A stretch of DNA of 54,249 nucleotides, counting the filler, from Sluysia triapertura (taxonomy: Eukaryota), in assembly GCA_046118255.1 (NCBI GenBank). It is 4 parts of 4 records of this genome, joined end to end, with 100 filler letters (N's around TTAATTAATTAA, not from the genome) between each part and the next. Parts side by side here need not be neighbours in the genome. Positions count along the whole stretch, not along the records: positions 1 to 15,054 come from JBJNIA010240548.1; 3 more parts are not named here. The stretch is one strand, 5' to 3'. The notes under the pieces are model-generated. The model was not told the DNA's origin, ran no database searches, and worked only from the letters and a program-made list of their open reading frames with translations. Of this stretch, positions 1-13,180 are shown piece after piece (the stretch's first letter is position 1; the number at the start of each line of letters is the position of its first letter). A program made the translations under genes and the position numbers.

Positions 1-225
1 ACCTTTGGGTTTACTTAGAAAAATAATATGAAAAATTTAAGTCTATTTTAAGACCAAATAATATGGTCGGTAACTTATCAAATAAAGCTTACTGAAAACT
101 TTTAATAATCGATCCGTGTGGTTTATTTTTCTTTCAGAAGTAACTGCACTGAATGAACGTAATTTGAAATTGATCGCCGGTAACTGAGAATTGAACCAAG
201 ATTTATCTATGTATCTTCAAATTTA

Positions 226-343
226 AAATTTGCACCGAATAACGAATCCACCAAATGTATTAAAATTTGCTCCAAATAACGAATCCACCAAATGTATTAA
301 AATTTGCTCCAAATAACGAATCCACCAAATGTATTAAAATTTA
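226..343. repeat. 37-bp tandem repeat, 3 copies
   Basis: AACGAATCCACCAAATGTATTAAAATTT recurs at 241, 278 and 315 with no unique spacers. Confidence 0.95.
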
Positions 344-952
344 AACTCGTGATATTCCAAATAATCTTCTCCAAAAAATTCCTTGTAATGCTAAAATTAT
401 TGTGTTGTTTTTATAATAATTTCCTACCTTTATCTTGCTTTATTTGATAAGTTACGAATATAAATGAATAATATTCTTTATGAATAATAAATAATATAAA
501 TATTCTTTATTACTAATATTCTTTGTGAATAATAAATATTATAAATATCCTTTGTTAGATAATAATAAATATTCTTTGTTAATATAAAATATAGTTTTTT
601 AAATTTTATTAATTACAATTTTTAAAACAAATAATTAATTTTTTAAAGAAAAATTTTATTATTTTCAATAATTTTAAAAAAATTTTTATTTATTATATTA
701 ATTACATTATAATTATGATTATTATTTTTTACAAATATTTACAATAAATATTTACAAATCAATTATTTGTTAAATGTGTGAACTGTGTAAAAATTAAGTA
801 CTACTTACATTGACTTAATTGTAACCTTAAAAGGTTTTTATGCATATATTAATTATTTAGAATATTGACCTTAAAAGGTCTTGTTAGTAACTATTTCATT
901 ATTATTATTATTATTATTTTATTATATTAAATATTATTATTATGATTATTAA

Positions 953-1024
953 CCCCTTAACGCGCAGAAACGTATTAACACGGGCGTGCATTAAGTGGTT
1001 AATAAAAAATTGTGCATTAAGGGG
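953..1024. mobile_element. 72-bp piggyBac-like miniature element
   Basis: TTAA|CCCCTTAACGCGCA ... TGTGCATTAAGGGG|TTAA (12/14 TIR match, TTAA on both sides). A second internal right end GTGCATTAAGTGG|TTAA lies at 986-1002. Confidence 0.65.
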
Positions 1025-4000
1025 TTAAACGTTATTTTTTTCTTTGATAAAATATTGTAAATTTAATTACAATTGTAAATTGCCAATAAAGTAAAATTAC
1101 AAATAAAAATACGAGGAACATAAAATTACACCTTGACAAATTATTTTGTAAGATAAATCAGAGAATTAAGTAAATTTCTTGTAAATTTCTTATATAAACC
1201 TTTGCACATACGATGATCGTTAGTAGGTAATCAATGATGATTTAATTGCATATTTAAATATTTTTCTGCAAATAATCTGATACTTTACTTTTAAATTTCA
1301 TTTATTTCAGAATTCTTATAAACATTATAAAGTGTTTCTGTAACAGAACTATAAATTTTATTACAATTTTTCAGAAATTAATCGAATTAGCATTGCTGTA
1401 TTTGAAAATCATTAGAAATGGACAATACCAGTGAAAAAAATTTGGATAAAAGTGGTTACGTTATAAGCACATGTGTAAGTAAATAATTTAGATGGTGTAT
1501 TTGATTTATTTGGTTTGTTATCAAAATTCATTACCACTATTCAAAATGGCAAAGCTAAGCAAAAATTCAAAATATACTAACATGTTGCGACAATTTTGAT
1601 TTTATGGTCATATTAATATTTATGTAAATAATTTTGTATAGTTTCATTTAATTATATATTAATGTTTTAAGTCTCTTTATTTTATATATATTAATATTTG
1701 TCATTAATTCACATTCATTGATATATAATATTTTATTAATCATCAATACAAATCATTAATTAAAGAATGTGGACGGTTGGTTTATACATTACACGGTGTA
1801 TATCATTTAAATAAAATGGAACAAAACTATAAACAAGTATTTAATTGAACATGCACATCAATTACTGTGCTACATCGAAGTAAAACCTTTTGTAGAGAGT
1901 ACGTACTACAGAAATCAAATTCAAATAAGATATTAAAAATATAGTGTTTTGTTGGGGTACAGGCCAAAGGGCCATAGAATAATGATAGTATAATTGACAA
2001 AACAAAATGTTTAGACGGAGATGATAGCTCAGTGGTCAAAGCATCGATCAGTATAACAGTTTTATATGTTCGGTATTATGTGATGTACCGAAAAATATCA
2101 CGTGCATGTTTCGACATCATACGTTATTTGTGTGTAATAGTTTGTGTTTAATGTCTTTAATTATTATCCAAAGAAATAAGTAATAAGATAACTTATAATT
2201 TTAGTCATACAAATAATTTTTGGAATCAATTTTTTAAAATCAATATACTTTTTAAAATAGTAAGTAGTACATAAAAATATTTTGTAAAATAATATTTAAT
2301 ATACTATTTAATTTTAATTTAATTTTAAATTAATGTAAAAAATTAAATTAAATTGTTTAATTTAAATAGAAATTTTGTTTACAATCATTCAAGGACGATT
2401 AAAATCTTTATAAATTGAATAGACTTTTTACACAAAACGCCAAAATTTTTCGGTTTTAAAACGCAAAAATTTGGTTTTATAATTGAACGTTTGTCGTTGA
2501 ACGTTAATTCGGATTAAACAATATTTCTATTGTGTTATAAAGTGTTCCATAAGTTTAATACATTTAAAGTATTGTAAAATTTACTAAAAATATTGTTTTA
2601 AATATATAGAACCTTTTTCATAGTTCTTTCATAAAATCACATTTTAAAATTTTTATTATATTATATTAACTGAGATTCAGTCAATAACGAAATATATATT
2701 ATCATCAACTCATTGTATTATTTTTATTAAACAATTGTAGTATTAATATACCTTAATAAACTATTTGCCTTTTTAAATTTGATAATTGTTGATGGATATA
2801 TTTATTATATCCAACATAAATTAAATAGTTATAAAATTTTTAAAATACGTTGCACATAAGACTTTTCCTAAATTTATTGGGACTCGTAAAATCAAATAAA
2901 TTATAAATCCTTTTAATAGGATTAATTGTAAAATCACAATTGTCTGAATAAGTTATATAAAGAAGTTAACAAAGTTTTTTGCTTAATTGAATTATGTTGT
3001 TTATAGTCACCAAAATTAAGAAAATTTCTTAATTGATTTTTACGAGAAATTTTGTTAGATTGACCTCAAACCGATAAGTCTAGTACGTTGGTGAACTCAC
3101 TATAATTAATCTTTTATTTTGTAAGTTAAGAAAAAACACCATCAATACAATACTTTTATTTACAAATCTAATATTAGATAATACAATACTTTCATTTACA
3201 GTTTCTTTTTCGAATAAAGACTTCAATTTATTTATTTTTAATAATAAATTATTATTATTAATCATATGTACGACACAAAATAATAATGAGCTTTTATTTA
3301 CACTTTTGCTTCTAGATAATAACATACTTTTATTTGCATATCCAGCTTTAAGTTTAATCATATAATTATCGACAATAAATAATCTCAGTAAATGGAGTTT
3401 CTCTTTATCATGATGACGTAAAAATTTTTATTCAATTAGCACAAACAAATACATAAGGAAAACGAAATTTAATTATGTTAATTAAAATATAATACTGATT
3501 TATAACCGCCAAATTTATTGTCTCAATTTCTAATTTATTTTTGTGAAATGTTACTAATTATCGTAATGAATATATAGTGATAGCTGTTTTACTATGAAGT
3601 AAATTATAATTTTATGATAAGACAATAACTTTAACAAACACAAAAACGATCAACTGTAAATATGAATTGATACTCTGGTAACTTCAGAATCTCTGTTTTC
3701 GTAACTTTTTTCAGAAATACCCTACCATCTTTATCGATTTTATTTCTACAAGTATTTTGGAAATTTCTTAAAAATCATCTGTTTCATCTTCCTCTTTATC
3801 TTTGGTTTGATAATAATTCTGGTTTAATACTTGTCCACCAGATATTTCTTCGATTACTTTCCGATTTAAATTAGCATAAATCATCAAATAGTACCAAAAA
3901 TATTTGAAGTAACACAACTAAAATGGCATAAAACTTTACATACGGAACACTTCAAAAAATCAATATGTTTCTGAATAAGAACATCGTTGTTTTTTATGTG

Positions 4001-5429
4001 AAAATGACACACAATTTTCATTAGAAATGTTTAACTAAGGTTTGCGAGCTTTGTACACAAAAGGTGATTTATTAGGATCGTGATAAGATATTTCGTCCTC
4101 AATTATTATTTCATTGTTCGGAAGTTTGGTTGTAAACGAAGATTGGTATTCTAAGACTGCCTTTGTTTCTTGACTATTTAGTTTGAAATGTTGTAGTGTA
4201 TCTTTTCATACCTTTTTTATGTCAATGTTTTCTACTTTTTGCAAAATTTCTGTAAATTTTATATTATTATTTTCATGACTTGTAAGGAAAAACTGGAATA
4301 TCAAATGAATTGGACAATTAGATCAGAAATGGATCTGATGATTCCATTTATTGTAAAGGATCTGTAGGTATATTTGAACACACTTAATGTTTTATACTTT
4401 TTAGTTATATTGTTTTAAATTACATCATTGAGAATCATTATTTAATGATGTCTCGAGTCCATACTTATTACCATTACCAGGAAATTGTAAGTTAAAAGGG
4501 GGAAAAGGATATACAGAAGGTTGAGAAGAGTTAAGAGTGTTTATTGAAAATTTATTGTTGTAAAACTGTTTAATTTTAAGTTTTTATAGGTTTTGAGGTT
4601 TGCATGATATTTCTGAGTGTAATCGTATATTTGTGTGGTATTTTGTGCGTTAAGTATAATATTTGGTTTATTTTAAATATTTTATAATATTTGCAACATT
4701 TTAGCGAATTAGTGAACCACCACATTGATTAACATCACCGTTATGACAGAAACACTGGTTTGAACTTTATCCATCGAAGTATGCCATGTTAGTAGGCCAG
4801 TGTAGTGATAAACTTTAGAAAACTTTGATCAAACTGTTTCAGCCGCAAGTGCATACGTACATGATAATAGTTCAACGTATAATTCATGATAGTATAATAA
4901 AATAAATTCACATTTTTAGATAAATTCATCAAAAAATTGTTTCTGAATCAGATCATTTACTTTTAATTATCTCTAATATAAATTTTGATTCTTGGTTAAT
5001 ATTTGACATTATAGTCAGTAATAGCATGAAAATGGCATTCATTTTCATTAAGACAGATCTTTATTAAGATTTGGTTCTTTAAGGATTTCTAAGACTACAA
5101 TTTTCATGATTATCATTTATTGATTTTCTAAATCTTTTGCCTTATTTACTTTTATATGGCAATTTTTAGAATAATAGTAATTATCTACTTTCTATTGTAA
5201 ATAGATACTAATAAAATAATTAAATATTAATCAATTCAATCACGAAAATGAAAAATTCATGTTAATAATGCTCCGATTTCTTGTGGATGACTAAATTGAG
5301 ACATTCGTTTTAGAGCTATTTCCATTAATCTTTATATAGATTCATAATTATCATTCAATTCTCCAGGTACTAATAATTGCGAATTAGGTTCATTTAAATA
5401 AGTTCTTATCCATAAATGATTTAATCCTT

Positions 5430-5900
5430 TATCCAAACATAATCTAGCACTTGCTTTAAAGACGAAACGAAACCTTTAACAGCTGCAGAAACAGTATTCC
5501 ATGAAGGACCAGAAAACCCATATTCAACACAAATAACTTTTGTTCTAATTTCGAAATCATCACAATTATTCAAATGTCTACTTCAGATCCCAAACCTTTT
5601 CACTCACGACGATTAAGTAATAATTCTGTTGTGAAATAGTCCATAGTCCCATAATTTTTCATCATACATTTATTTAAATTTCGTGATAAGCCAAAATCTC
5701 TCAACAAAGTCGCCGAACCTTTTCACGAGTACGAAACAAAATATTTGCTACCTTTAAATCCCGATGAACAAAACCATTTTGATGCATTTGATAAACAGCT
5801 GATAAAACCTGCTCTAAAACTCCGCGGCACGTTTTCCCGGACACCTTTTGTACTATTAATTCTATCAAATAAGTCTCCACCTCCTGCCAATTCAACAACT
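5430..5900 (-). pseudogene. Degenerate Ser/Thr protein kinase (CAMK-group-like), C-lobe
   Basis: QVLSAVYQMHQNGFVHRDLKVANILF, then a stop and frameshift before DFGLSR. Further on YGTMDYFTTEL (decayed GT..Y.APE), EYGFSGPSWNTVSAAVKGFV and LKQVLDYVWI, in shifting frames. Confidence 0.8.
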
Positions 5901-6754
5901 AAATAAATGTCATTTTTGCTTCTAATAATTTAACAATGTTTAATATCACCCAAAATTATATAATTTTGAAAATAAGTTAAAATTAAAATTATAAGAGCAT
6001 ACTATTTTCTCATTTGATAAATGAAACACAATGAAGCAGCCAATATAAGATTGTTGAAATTATGTACAAAGTAACATTATATGAATTCATTTTAGTCATA
6101 ATTACAATAGTTGAAGTTTAAGTATGTTTATAAAACTATGAGTCAAACAATTATTTGCTGTATATTTAGACTATATAAATTTATTAGTTTTTAGCAATTT
6201 CATTTGAATAAAATATGTATTATATTTAGGCAATGAATTAATCTAGATTTAGATATAACTACATTTCTGTTCATTTCTTTATAATAATATTTAAAATTCC
6301 TTATATTGTAAAATAAATGTGCACAATTGTAAGTTAATTAAGAATAAAAATAACAGAATTAACGTAAATAATACTGTTATTTATTTCCACGATTTCGGCA
6401 ATTTCATAATAAGATATGAATTTACTTACTAAAATAACAATTAATGTTTATCATAAAATAAAATAGCATACTTTACCATAATATTGTAGTATAATGAAAT
6501 TGAAACCGTGGAAATACAACATAAACACAAATAAAATGAAGGTAAAACGGATTAAAGAAGAAATTATTGCCCAAGTAATAATTATTATATATTAATTTAA
6601 TCGAATATAATTAATATTAACTGTTCGAGTGAAGACATTAAAACAGATTACAAATTTAATTCATAAAAAGAGGAATAATAAGAATAAAAGAACAGAAAAA
6701 TATGGGAACAACAAAACAAAAATAATAGAATAATAATAATTTAAATTACAATGG

Positions 6755-6975
6755 TAAATTTAGATTGTAACTGTTTATGATTGTTAAAGTTATGTTTGTG
6801 TTATGGTGTCATGTAACGACTGTTTTTCTTTTATGTATGTTATTTGGTGCTTTGATAAATATGTTAGATTGCGCTGAAGTTTGTTAAAGATAAACGTATT
6901 TATAGTAAATATGTTGGATTTTGTTGAGGTTTGTTTACGATAAATGGGTTTTTGTCTTGAGATCACTATTTAATA
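6755..6975 (+). repeat. Short interspersed repeat family B, copy 1 (with an internal ~50-bp duplication)
   Basis: TTTAGATTGTAA...TTGTTAAAG...TTTTATGTATGTTATTTG...ATTGYGCTGAAGTTTGTT is shared with 19835-20020 (-) and partly with 36595-36745 (+). Confidence 0.6.
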
Positions 6976-7727
6976 TTGTTATATGTAAAACATTGTTATT
7001 GCATTATTGTCGTTTTACAAATCTTCTATTTTTTGCCATCTACCATTGTTACTATATATATGCGTTATAATCGTGTTTCATTTTTATTTATGTAAATTGA
7101 ATTTACGTTTATTTATTTTTATTATTATGTTGATTTATTTCAAAAGCTAATACTGTAAATGAAATCATATATATTAATTTTATATATAAATATTTTTTGT
7201 TTAAATACTTTGTGAAATTCAATTTTAAACCTTTTGCTAGTAATTATTTTATTTTATATATTAGATTGGAAATAATTTGATTGTCCACCATATATTTCTA
7301 TCAGAATTTCTTTTTCAATCAGGACTCAAGTTTGGTTAAGAAGTCTTTCGACAACTCGACATAATGTTTGAATAAAATAGTTTGGCATGTTTCGGTAAAA
7401 CACTGAATATGAAAAAATATTTACATTCAAAACAAAAAGTACTCAATACTAATGAAATGCACACTTACCCGTGTAGCGATCAATACAAAGTGCGTTTGTT
7501 AGTAACCAATTAGAATAGTACTGTAAATATTTATATTTAGATAAATTTTGTATATAAATTTAATTCATTTAATTTAATTCATGTAAATTTAATTTAATTC
7601 ACTTTAATTTATACAAATACTAATTGTAAATATAATATTTTGTAAATTAATTAATTATGATAGGACTTCGATTTTTTAAATATAATTATAATATAATTTT
7701 AACTCAGTATAATTTTGGACTTTAATA

Positions 7728-7852
7728 TAACGGAAATTTTCAACGAAAAATCTAATATTTATTTACATTCAACGGAAATTTAATATTTATTTATATTTGA
7801 AAATCCAATATTTATAACGGAAATTTAATATTTATTTGAAAATCCAATAATT
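7728..7852. repeat. Degenerate minisatellite
   Basis: AACGGAAATTT(AATATTTATTT) and GAAAATCCAATA modules repeated 2-4 times. Confidence 0.65.
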
Positions 7853-9694
7853 AATTATTTATTAAATAAATCAAAAAGGAAGTAGGTATAAATAAATAAC
7901 ATACAAAATAATATAAATAGCGTCAAAAAGAAGAACTAGCTTTCTCAACTACGATTAAAGTTTTAAAACGGAGAAATTATTGGAAAAATTAGTTTCGTCA
8001 ACAAGTATTGGACAATTGATAACTCAAAAGGGAACTTTCTGCTAACAAAGACTCTTCTAAAAAGGAATTACGCTTCGTGAATTTTACTACGCTTTTGTGG
8101 AACAAGATAATTCGTGATTTCTATTCAATTCCGCGATTACTACTCATTTTGGACCAAAAAACGATTTTTATGATGAATGAAATTATTAAGTATGCTATTT
8201 ATTTATAAGTTATTGCGATAATATTCGCATTAAACTACACTTAAATTTTAATACATCATTAGAAAAAACCCAAAGATAACCTCTGGGTTAAACTCTACTT
8301 AAATTACTGAATTGTTATTTAAATTTGAAAATTTTTATATTGTATATTATTCAAATTTGTTTTGCATCTTACATTTTGCACCCAACATTTTTGACATTGA
8401 CATAATTGTTTAGCTAAAAGTAAAACCGAACAATATTTAATTGATTAAAAAATAATAAAATAACAATTAAAAATTAACTTATATTTAAAACAATCATAAA
8501 TCCAAAAATTATAACTTTTTAAAATAAAACAAATGAATAATCAATAAATAAAGCGAATCAGTATTATAATAAATCAATAAATATTCATAAATTAGTTCAA
8601 TGTGTGTATAAATGTTCATTGTGTGTATAACATCAATAAATTAAGTTAGTTTATTACATAATCAAATAAATATTAATTTTGTTTATAGATCCTACTTATC
8701 GGGATCTTATGTAAAATACGAAAAATAAATCTCTGACATTATTCCCTATTCTATTAAATAAATCCTTTTCTCATGTTGACATCCGAATAGTTGAGAATTT
8801 ATTAATAACCTTAATTTTTCTCTGACTAATTATCTTTTATAAGCCACTTACGTGTTAGCTTTTAAGTGAATAAACATAACATCGTAAGGGACTTACGCAG
8901 AACCAAATTTATTTATAAGCATCGAGAAAAATCTTGCAACTTGTACTACAAACAAAGAAATTACGCTTATGAAAAATATCTTGCGTTTATAGATTTCCAA
9001 AAGTAGCTCATATCACTCTACCTTTTTTCTGATTTTACTTTATTGATTTTTTTAAGCATGGTTTTGTAGTTTGCATGCCATATTTCTATAATTTCTGGAT
9101 CGTTTCTTGTGAATTAATATAAATTATATTAAATCAAGTGACATTAATTTTTTAAGTGATAATTTTATTCGCATGTTAAAATGTCTCAATATTGAAAAGA
9201 TTATAAGCCACATTAAACTTTTTATTAAACCTTTATGATTCACGAGTTGCATTGAAGTTAAAATTAAATATAAATCTTAAAATAACTTCGTTTACAATTT
9301 TTAAAAGATAATGATCTGTTATTTTGAAAAAGTAATTATTATATTAATTTTAAGGATATTTAGTTTAAACTGTTAATAAAAACGCTTAAAATTGATATTT
9401 TTTCATGTTTGTTTAAATAACATATATCATTAATATAGTATTTTATAAGTTATCGAACAATTAATTTAAATTTTTTTAATTAATATCATCATTTAATAAT
9501 TTTTATTTTTAAGAAAAATCAATTAATAATTTTGGATTTAAAATCAAATAATAAAAGTTTAAAATTCTTTAATGTGATGTTTTTTATTTGTTTTTATAAT
9601 TATAAGTCATTTTAACGATCAGCACTTTTATTTGTTCTTTATTTTTTGTACGTTTTTTTAAGTAATTTGTGATAGTGTTTATTTTAAGATAAAT

Positions 9695-12600
9695 ATGAAA
9701 AGGAATACTGCAAAATTAGAATATATACAAGGTATAGAAAAAGATGTTCAACAGTTTTGGGAACTAGGTCGCGTTTTTGAAGCTAATCCAACAGATTGCG
9801 CAAAGTATTTTGTTACATTTCCATATCCATATATGAATGGTATTTTACATTTGGGTCACGCATTTTCATTGTCAAAATGTGAATACGCTATGGGTTATCA
9901 ACGTCTAAAAGGTAAGAATGCACTTTGGGGTTTTGGGTTGCATTGTACTGGGATGCCTATAAAGGCAAGTGCTGATAAATTAAAAAGAGAAATCGAGTGT
10001 TTCGGTTATCCACCAAATTTCCCAGATGAAAAAGAATTGATAAATGAAGAACAAAAAAGTAAAGTTATTGCTAAAACCGGTGGTTGCAAGTATCAGTGGC
10101 AAATAATGCGCAATAGCGGTTTAGTAGATGAAGATATTTTAAAATTTATTGATACTGATTATTGGTTACAATATTTTCCTCCAATTGCTATAAATCATTT
10201 AAAACAATTAGGCCTTAAGGTCGATTGGCGTCGTTCATTCATTACAACTGACGCCAATCCGTACTATGATTCGTTCGTAAAATGGCAATATAATAAATTA
10301 AGAAAATCTAATAAAATTATGTTTGGCAGGCGGGAAACAATATTTTCTCCTTTAGATAATCAACCATGTATGGATCATGACAGAAGTTCTGGTGAAGGTG
10401 TTGGGCCACAAGAATACACTTTAATAAAATTACAAGTTTTAAAACCATATCCATCATCATTAAAGCAATATGAAGACCGAAATGTCTTTCTTGTAGCTGC
10501 TACTTTGAGACCTGAAACAATGTATGGTCAGACAAATTGTTGGATTCATCCAGATATTAACTATGTTCTTGTTAATAGTGTGTATCATGGTGTACTTATT
10601 TGTGTAGAAAGGTCTGCGAGGAATATGATGTATCAAGATATTTTATCTGATAAACCTGAAAAAATTGAATGCTTAGGTTCGGTTAAAGGAATTGACATAA
10701 TGGGTTGTTTATTAAAAGCTCCACTGTCTTTTTATGAAAAAATATATACACTGCCAATGATATCAATTAAAGAAAGTAAAGGTACTGGTGTAGTTACATC
10801 AGTACCTAGTGATTCGCCGGATGATTATGCGACTTTACGAGATTTGAGAAATAAAAAAGCTTTACGAGAAAAATACGGTCTGACTGATGAAATGGTACTA
10901 CCGTTTGAACCTGTACCGATAATTGATATACCAGAATTGGGAAATTTGTGTGCAAAAAAGTGTGTCGAAGATATGAAAATACAAAGTCAAAATGATCGTG
11001 AAAAATTATCAGAAGCAAAAGAAAAATGCTACAAATATGGATTTTATAACGGTAAATTAATTGTAGGAAAATACGCTGGTAATAATGTGCAAAAGGCAAA
11101 GGACAATATCCAAGCAGATTTAATTAATAGTGGTGATGCTATTCGTTATTTTGAACCAGAAAAACAAGTAATTTCACGAAGTGGAGATGAATGTGTTGTA
11201 GCACGTTGTGACCAATGGTACTTGAATTATAAGGATGAGGAATGGAAAACATTGACACGTGAATGCTTAAAGCAAGTTAACACTTACAGTGATGAAGTAA
11301 GGCGAAATTTTGAAGCAACTCTTAATAATTTACACGAACATGCTTGTTCCAGATCTTATGGATTAGGTAGTAAAATACCATGGGATCAACAATATTTGGT
11401 AGAGTCTTTATCTGATTCTACGATCTATATGGCTTATTATACAGTGGCTCATGTATTGCAAAATGGTACATTAGACGGTAAAGTTGATAATCAATTGGTT
11501 AAAATTACTCCAGAACAAATGAACGATGATGCATGGGAGTATATATTTGGTGATGATCAATCTGTCACCATTACGGATGTTAAGTTACGCGAAGTACTAG
11601 ATAGATTACGAGTAGAATTTTTGTACTGGTACCCAGTTGATTTGAGAGTATCCGGAAAGGATTTAATACCAAATCATTTAACTTATTATCTCTACAATCA
11701 TTGTGCTATTTGGCCTAATAATCCAAAACAGTACTGGCCCAAAAATATTCGCGCAAACGGCCATTTGTTATTAAATAATGAAAAAATGTCAAAATCAACG
11801 GGCAATTTTATGACAATTGTTGAAGGTATTGAAAAATATTCAGCAGATGGTATGAGGTTGGCGTTGGCTGATTCTGGAGATTCTATTGAAGATGCTAATT
11901 TCGTAGAAGAAGTTGCTGATAAAGGTATTTTGAAATTGTACACATTTATAAAATGGGTTGTTGATATTATGGATCATTTGAGTGAATATCGTAATGGTCC
12001 ATTGGAGTTTCATGCAGATAAGATATTTGAAAATGTAATTAATCGTACAATTATTGATGCGGAAGCAGATTATGAAGAAATGATGTATAAACGAGCAGTA
12101 AAAACGGTATTCCACGAGTTTATTAATGCTCGAGATCGATATATAGAAGTAACAGGTGGTAGAATACATGCTTCACTGATTTTGAGATATATAGAAGTGC
12201 AGTGTTTGTTGTTAAGTCCAATATGCCCTCATGTTTGTGATTATATATGGCGTGCTTTGTTGAAAAAGTCTCAAACTATTGTTTCAGAGCGCTGGCCGAA
12301 AATTACTAATGAAGTTGACGAAAAATTAAATTTAGAAGAAAAATATTTGGATGAAATAACTTACAATTTCCGTCAAAAGTTAAGCCAGCGTCCGAAAAAA
12401 GTTGCTGATTATAAAGCACCAAATAAAGGAATAATTTGGTTGACAAAATCGTACGCCAATTGGCAAATAGTTGTATTTAATATATTAGAGGAATTATCTG
12501 AGAATGGTGTACTAGTAGATAATAAAACTGTAAACCAAGTGCTTATGAAGCATCCAGAACTATCCCATCGAAAGAAAAAAGTTATGGATTTTGTGCAAAT

Positions 12601-13180
12601 GGTGCGTCAAAAATGTGATGATTCATTAGAAAAAGTTAAACAAATGAAAAAGCCATTACTTGATGAGCGCTCTATAGTTTTGTGCAATTTGTCTTATCTT
12701 GAAAATACTTTAAAGTTAGGAATAGGTCGACTGGAAGTAAAATATAGTAATGAGAGTAGTGATGCTAGAATTATAGATGATTGTTGTCCAGGAGAACCGC
12801 GAATAAGTAGTTCTTATGAACCACTAGGTGATTCGCTTGAGGTAGAATTTGGTAATCCCGAAGTTGGGAGTGGATTCATCAGCCAAATGTTGCCTATTCA
12901 AGATGGAGATAATGCATATATTGTCTGTCGAAAACTGAAAAATCATTATGGTTTATCTACAAATACATATCCAGAATCTTCTAATCAGAAACAAATCCAT
13001 TTGTACAGGTATTCAAATATAGATGCCATGTACACTATACCGTGTATTGATAATATTAAACGAAATCTAGAACTGATCAGCGATGACGATATTTTCAAAA
13101 TATCTAATGCTAAATTATACTTGAAAATAAAAGAAAAAGAATTTGACATCGGACGGAAGTTGAAATTCTTTTTAGAATAA
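9695..13180 (+). CDS. LARS1: Cytosolic leucyl-tRNA synthetase (eukaryote/archaeal type), single exon, 1161 aa
   Basis: Uninterrupted ORF. HIGH motif [13 protein letters not shown] and KMSKS ([12 protein letters not shown]). CP1 editing motifs [16 protein letters not shown] and [16 protein letters not shown]-terminal CCPGEP followed by a UNE-L-like extension (NPEVGSG...IQDGD). Confidence 0.97.
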   Translation: MKRNTAKLEYIQGIEKDVQQFWELGRVFEANPTDCAKYFVTFPYPYMNGILHLGHAFSLSKCEYAMGYQRLKGKNALWGFGLHCTGMPIKASADKLKREIECFGYPPNFPDEKELINEEQKSKVIAKTGGCKYQWQIMRNSGLVDEDILKFIDTDYWLQYFPPIAINHLKQLGLKVDWRRSFITTDANPYYDSFVKWQYNKLRKSNKIMFGRRETIFSPLDNQPCMDHDRSSGEGVGPQEYTLIKLQVLKPYPSSLKQYEDRNVFLVAATLRPETMYGQTNCWIHPDINYVLVNSVYHGVLICVERSARNMMYQDILSDKPEKIECLGSVKGIDIMGCLLKAPLSFYEKIYTLPMISIKESKGTGVVTSVPSDSPDDYATLRDLRNKKALREKYGLTDEMVLPFEPVPIIDIPELGNLCAKKCVEDMKIQSQNDREKLSEAKEKCYKYGFYNGKLIVGKYAGNNVQKAKDNIQADLINSGDAIRYFEPEKQVISRSGDECVVARCDQWYLNYKDEEWKTLTRECLKQVNTYSDEVRRNFEATLNNLHEHACSRSYGLGSKIPWDQQYLVESLSDSTIYMAYYTVAHVLQNGTLDGKVDNQLVKITPEQMNDDAWEYIFGDDQSVTITDVKLREVLDRLRVEFLYWYPVDLRVSGKDLIPNHLTYYLYNHCAIWPNNPKQYWPKNIRANGHLLLNNEKMSKSTGNFMTIVEGIEKYSADGMRLALADSGDSIEDANFVEEVADKGILKLYTFIKWVVDIMDHLSEYRNGPLEFHADKIFENVINRTIIDAEADYEEMMYKRAVKTVFHEFINARDRYIEVTGGRIHASLILRYIEVQCLLLSPICPHVCDYIWRALLKKSQTIVSERWPKITNEVDEKLNLEEKYLDEITYNFRQKLSQRPKKVADYKAPNKGIIWLTKSYANWQIVVFNILEELSENGVLVDNKTVNQVLMKHPELSHRKKKVMDFVQMVRQKCDDSLEKVKQMKKPLLDERSIVLCNLSYLENTLKLGIGRLEVKYSNESSDARIIDDCCPGEPRISSSYEPLGDSLEVEFGNPEVGSGFISQMLPIQDGDNAYIVCRKLKNHYGLSTNTYPESSNQKQIHLYRYSNIDAMYTIPCIDNIKRNLELISDDDIFKISNAKLYLKIKEKEFDIGRKLKFFLE

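Noticed and set aside
226-343. CRISPR array (37-bp repeats)
   Set aside because: Repeats are directly adjacent with no unique spacers, there are no cas genes, and the context is eukaryotic.
8700-9060. Integrase remnant upstream of LeuRS (KSFSHVDIRIV)
   Set aside because: Too degenerate to support; DDE residues are not identifiable.
10806-12169. Minus-strand ORFs 10806-11099, 11698-11943 and 11840-12169
   Set aside because: Antisense shadows of the LeuRS CDS.
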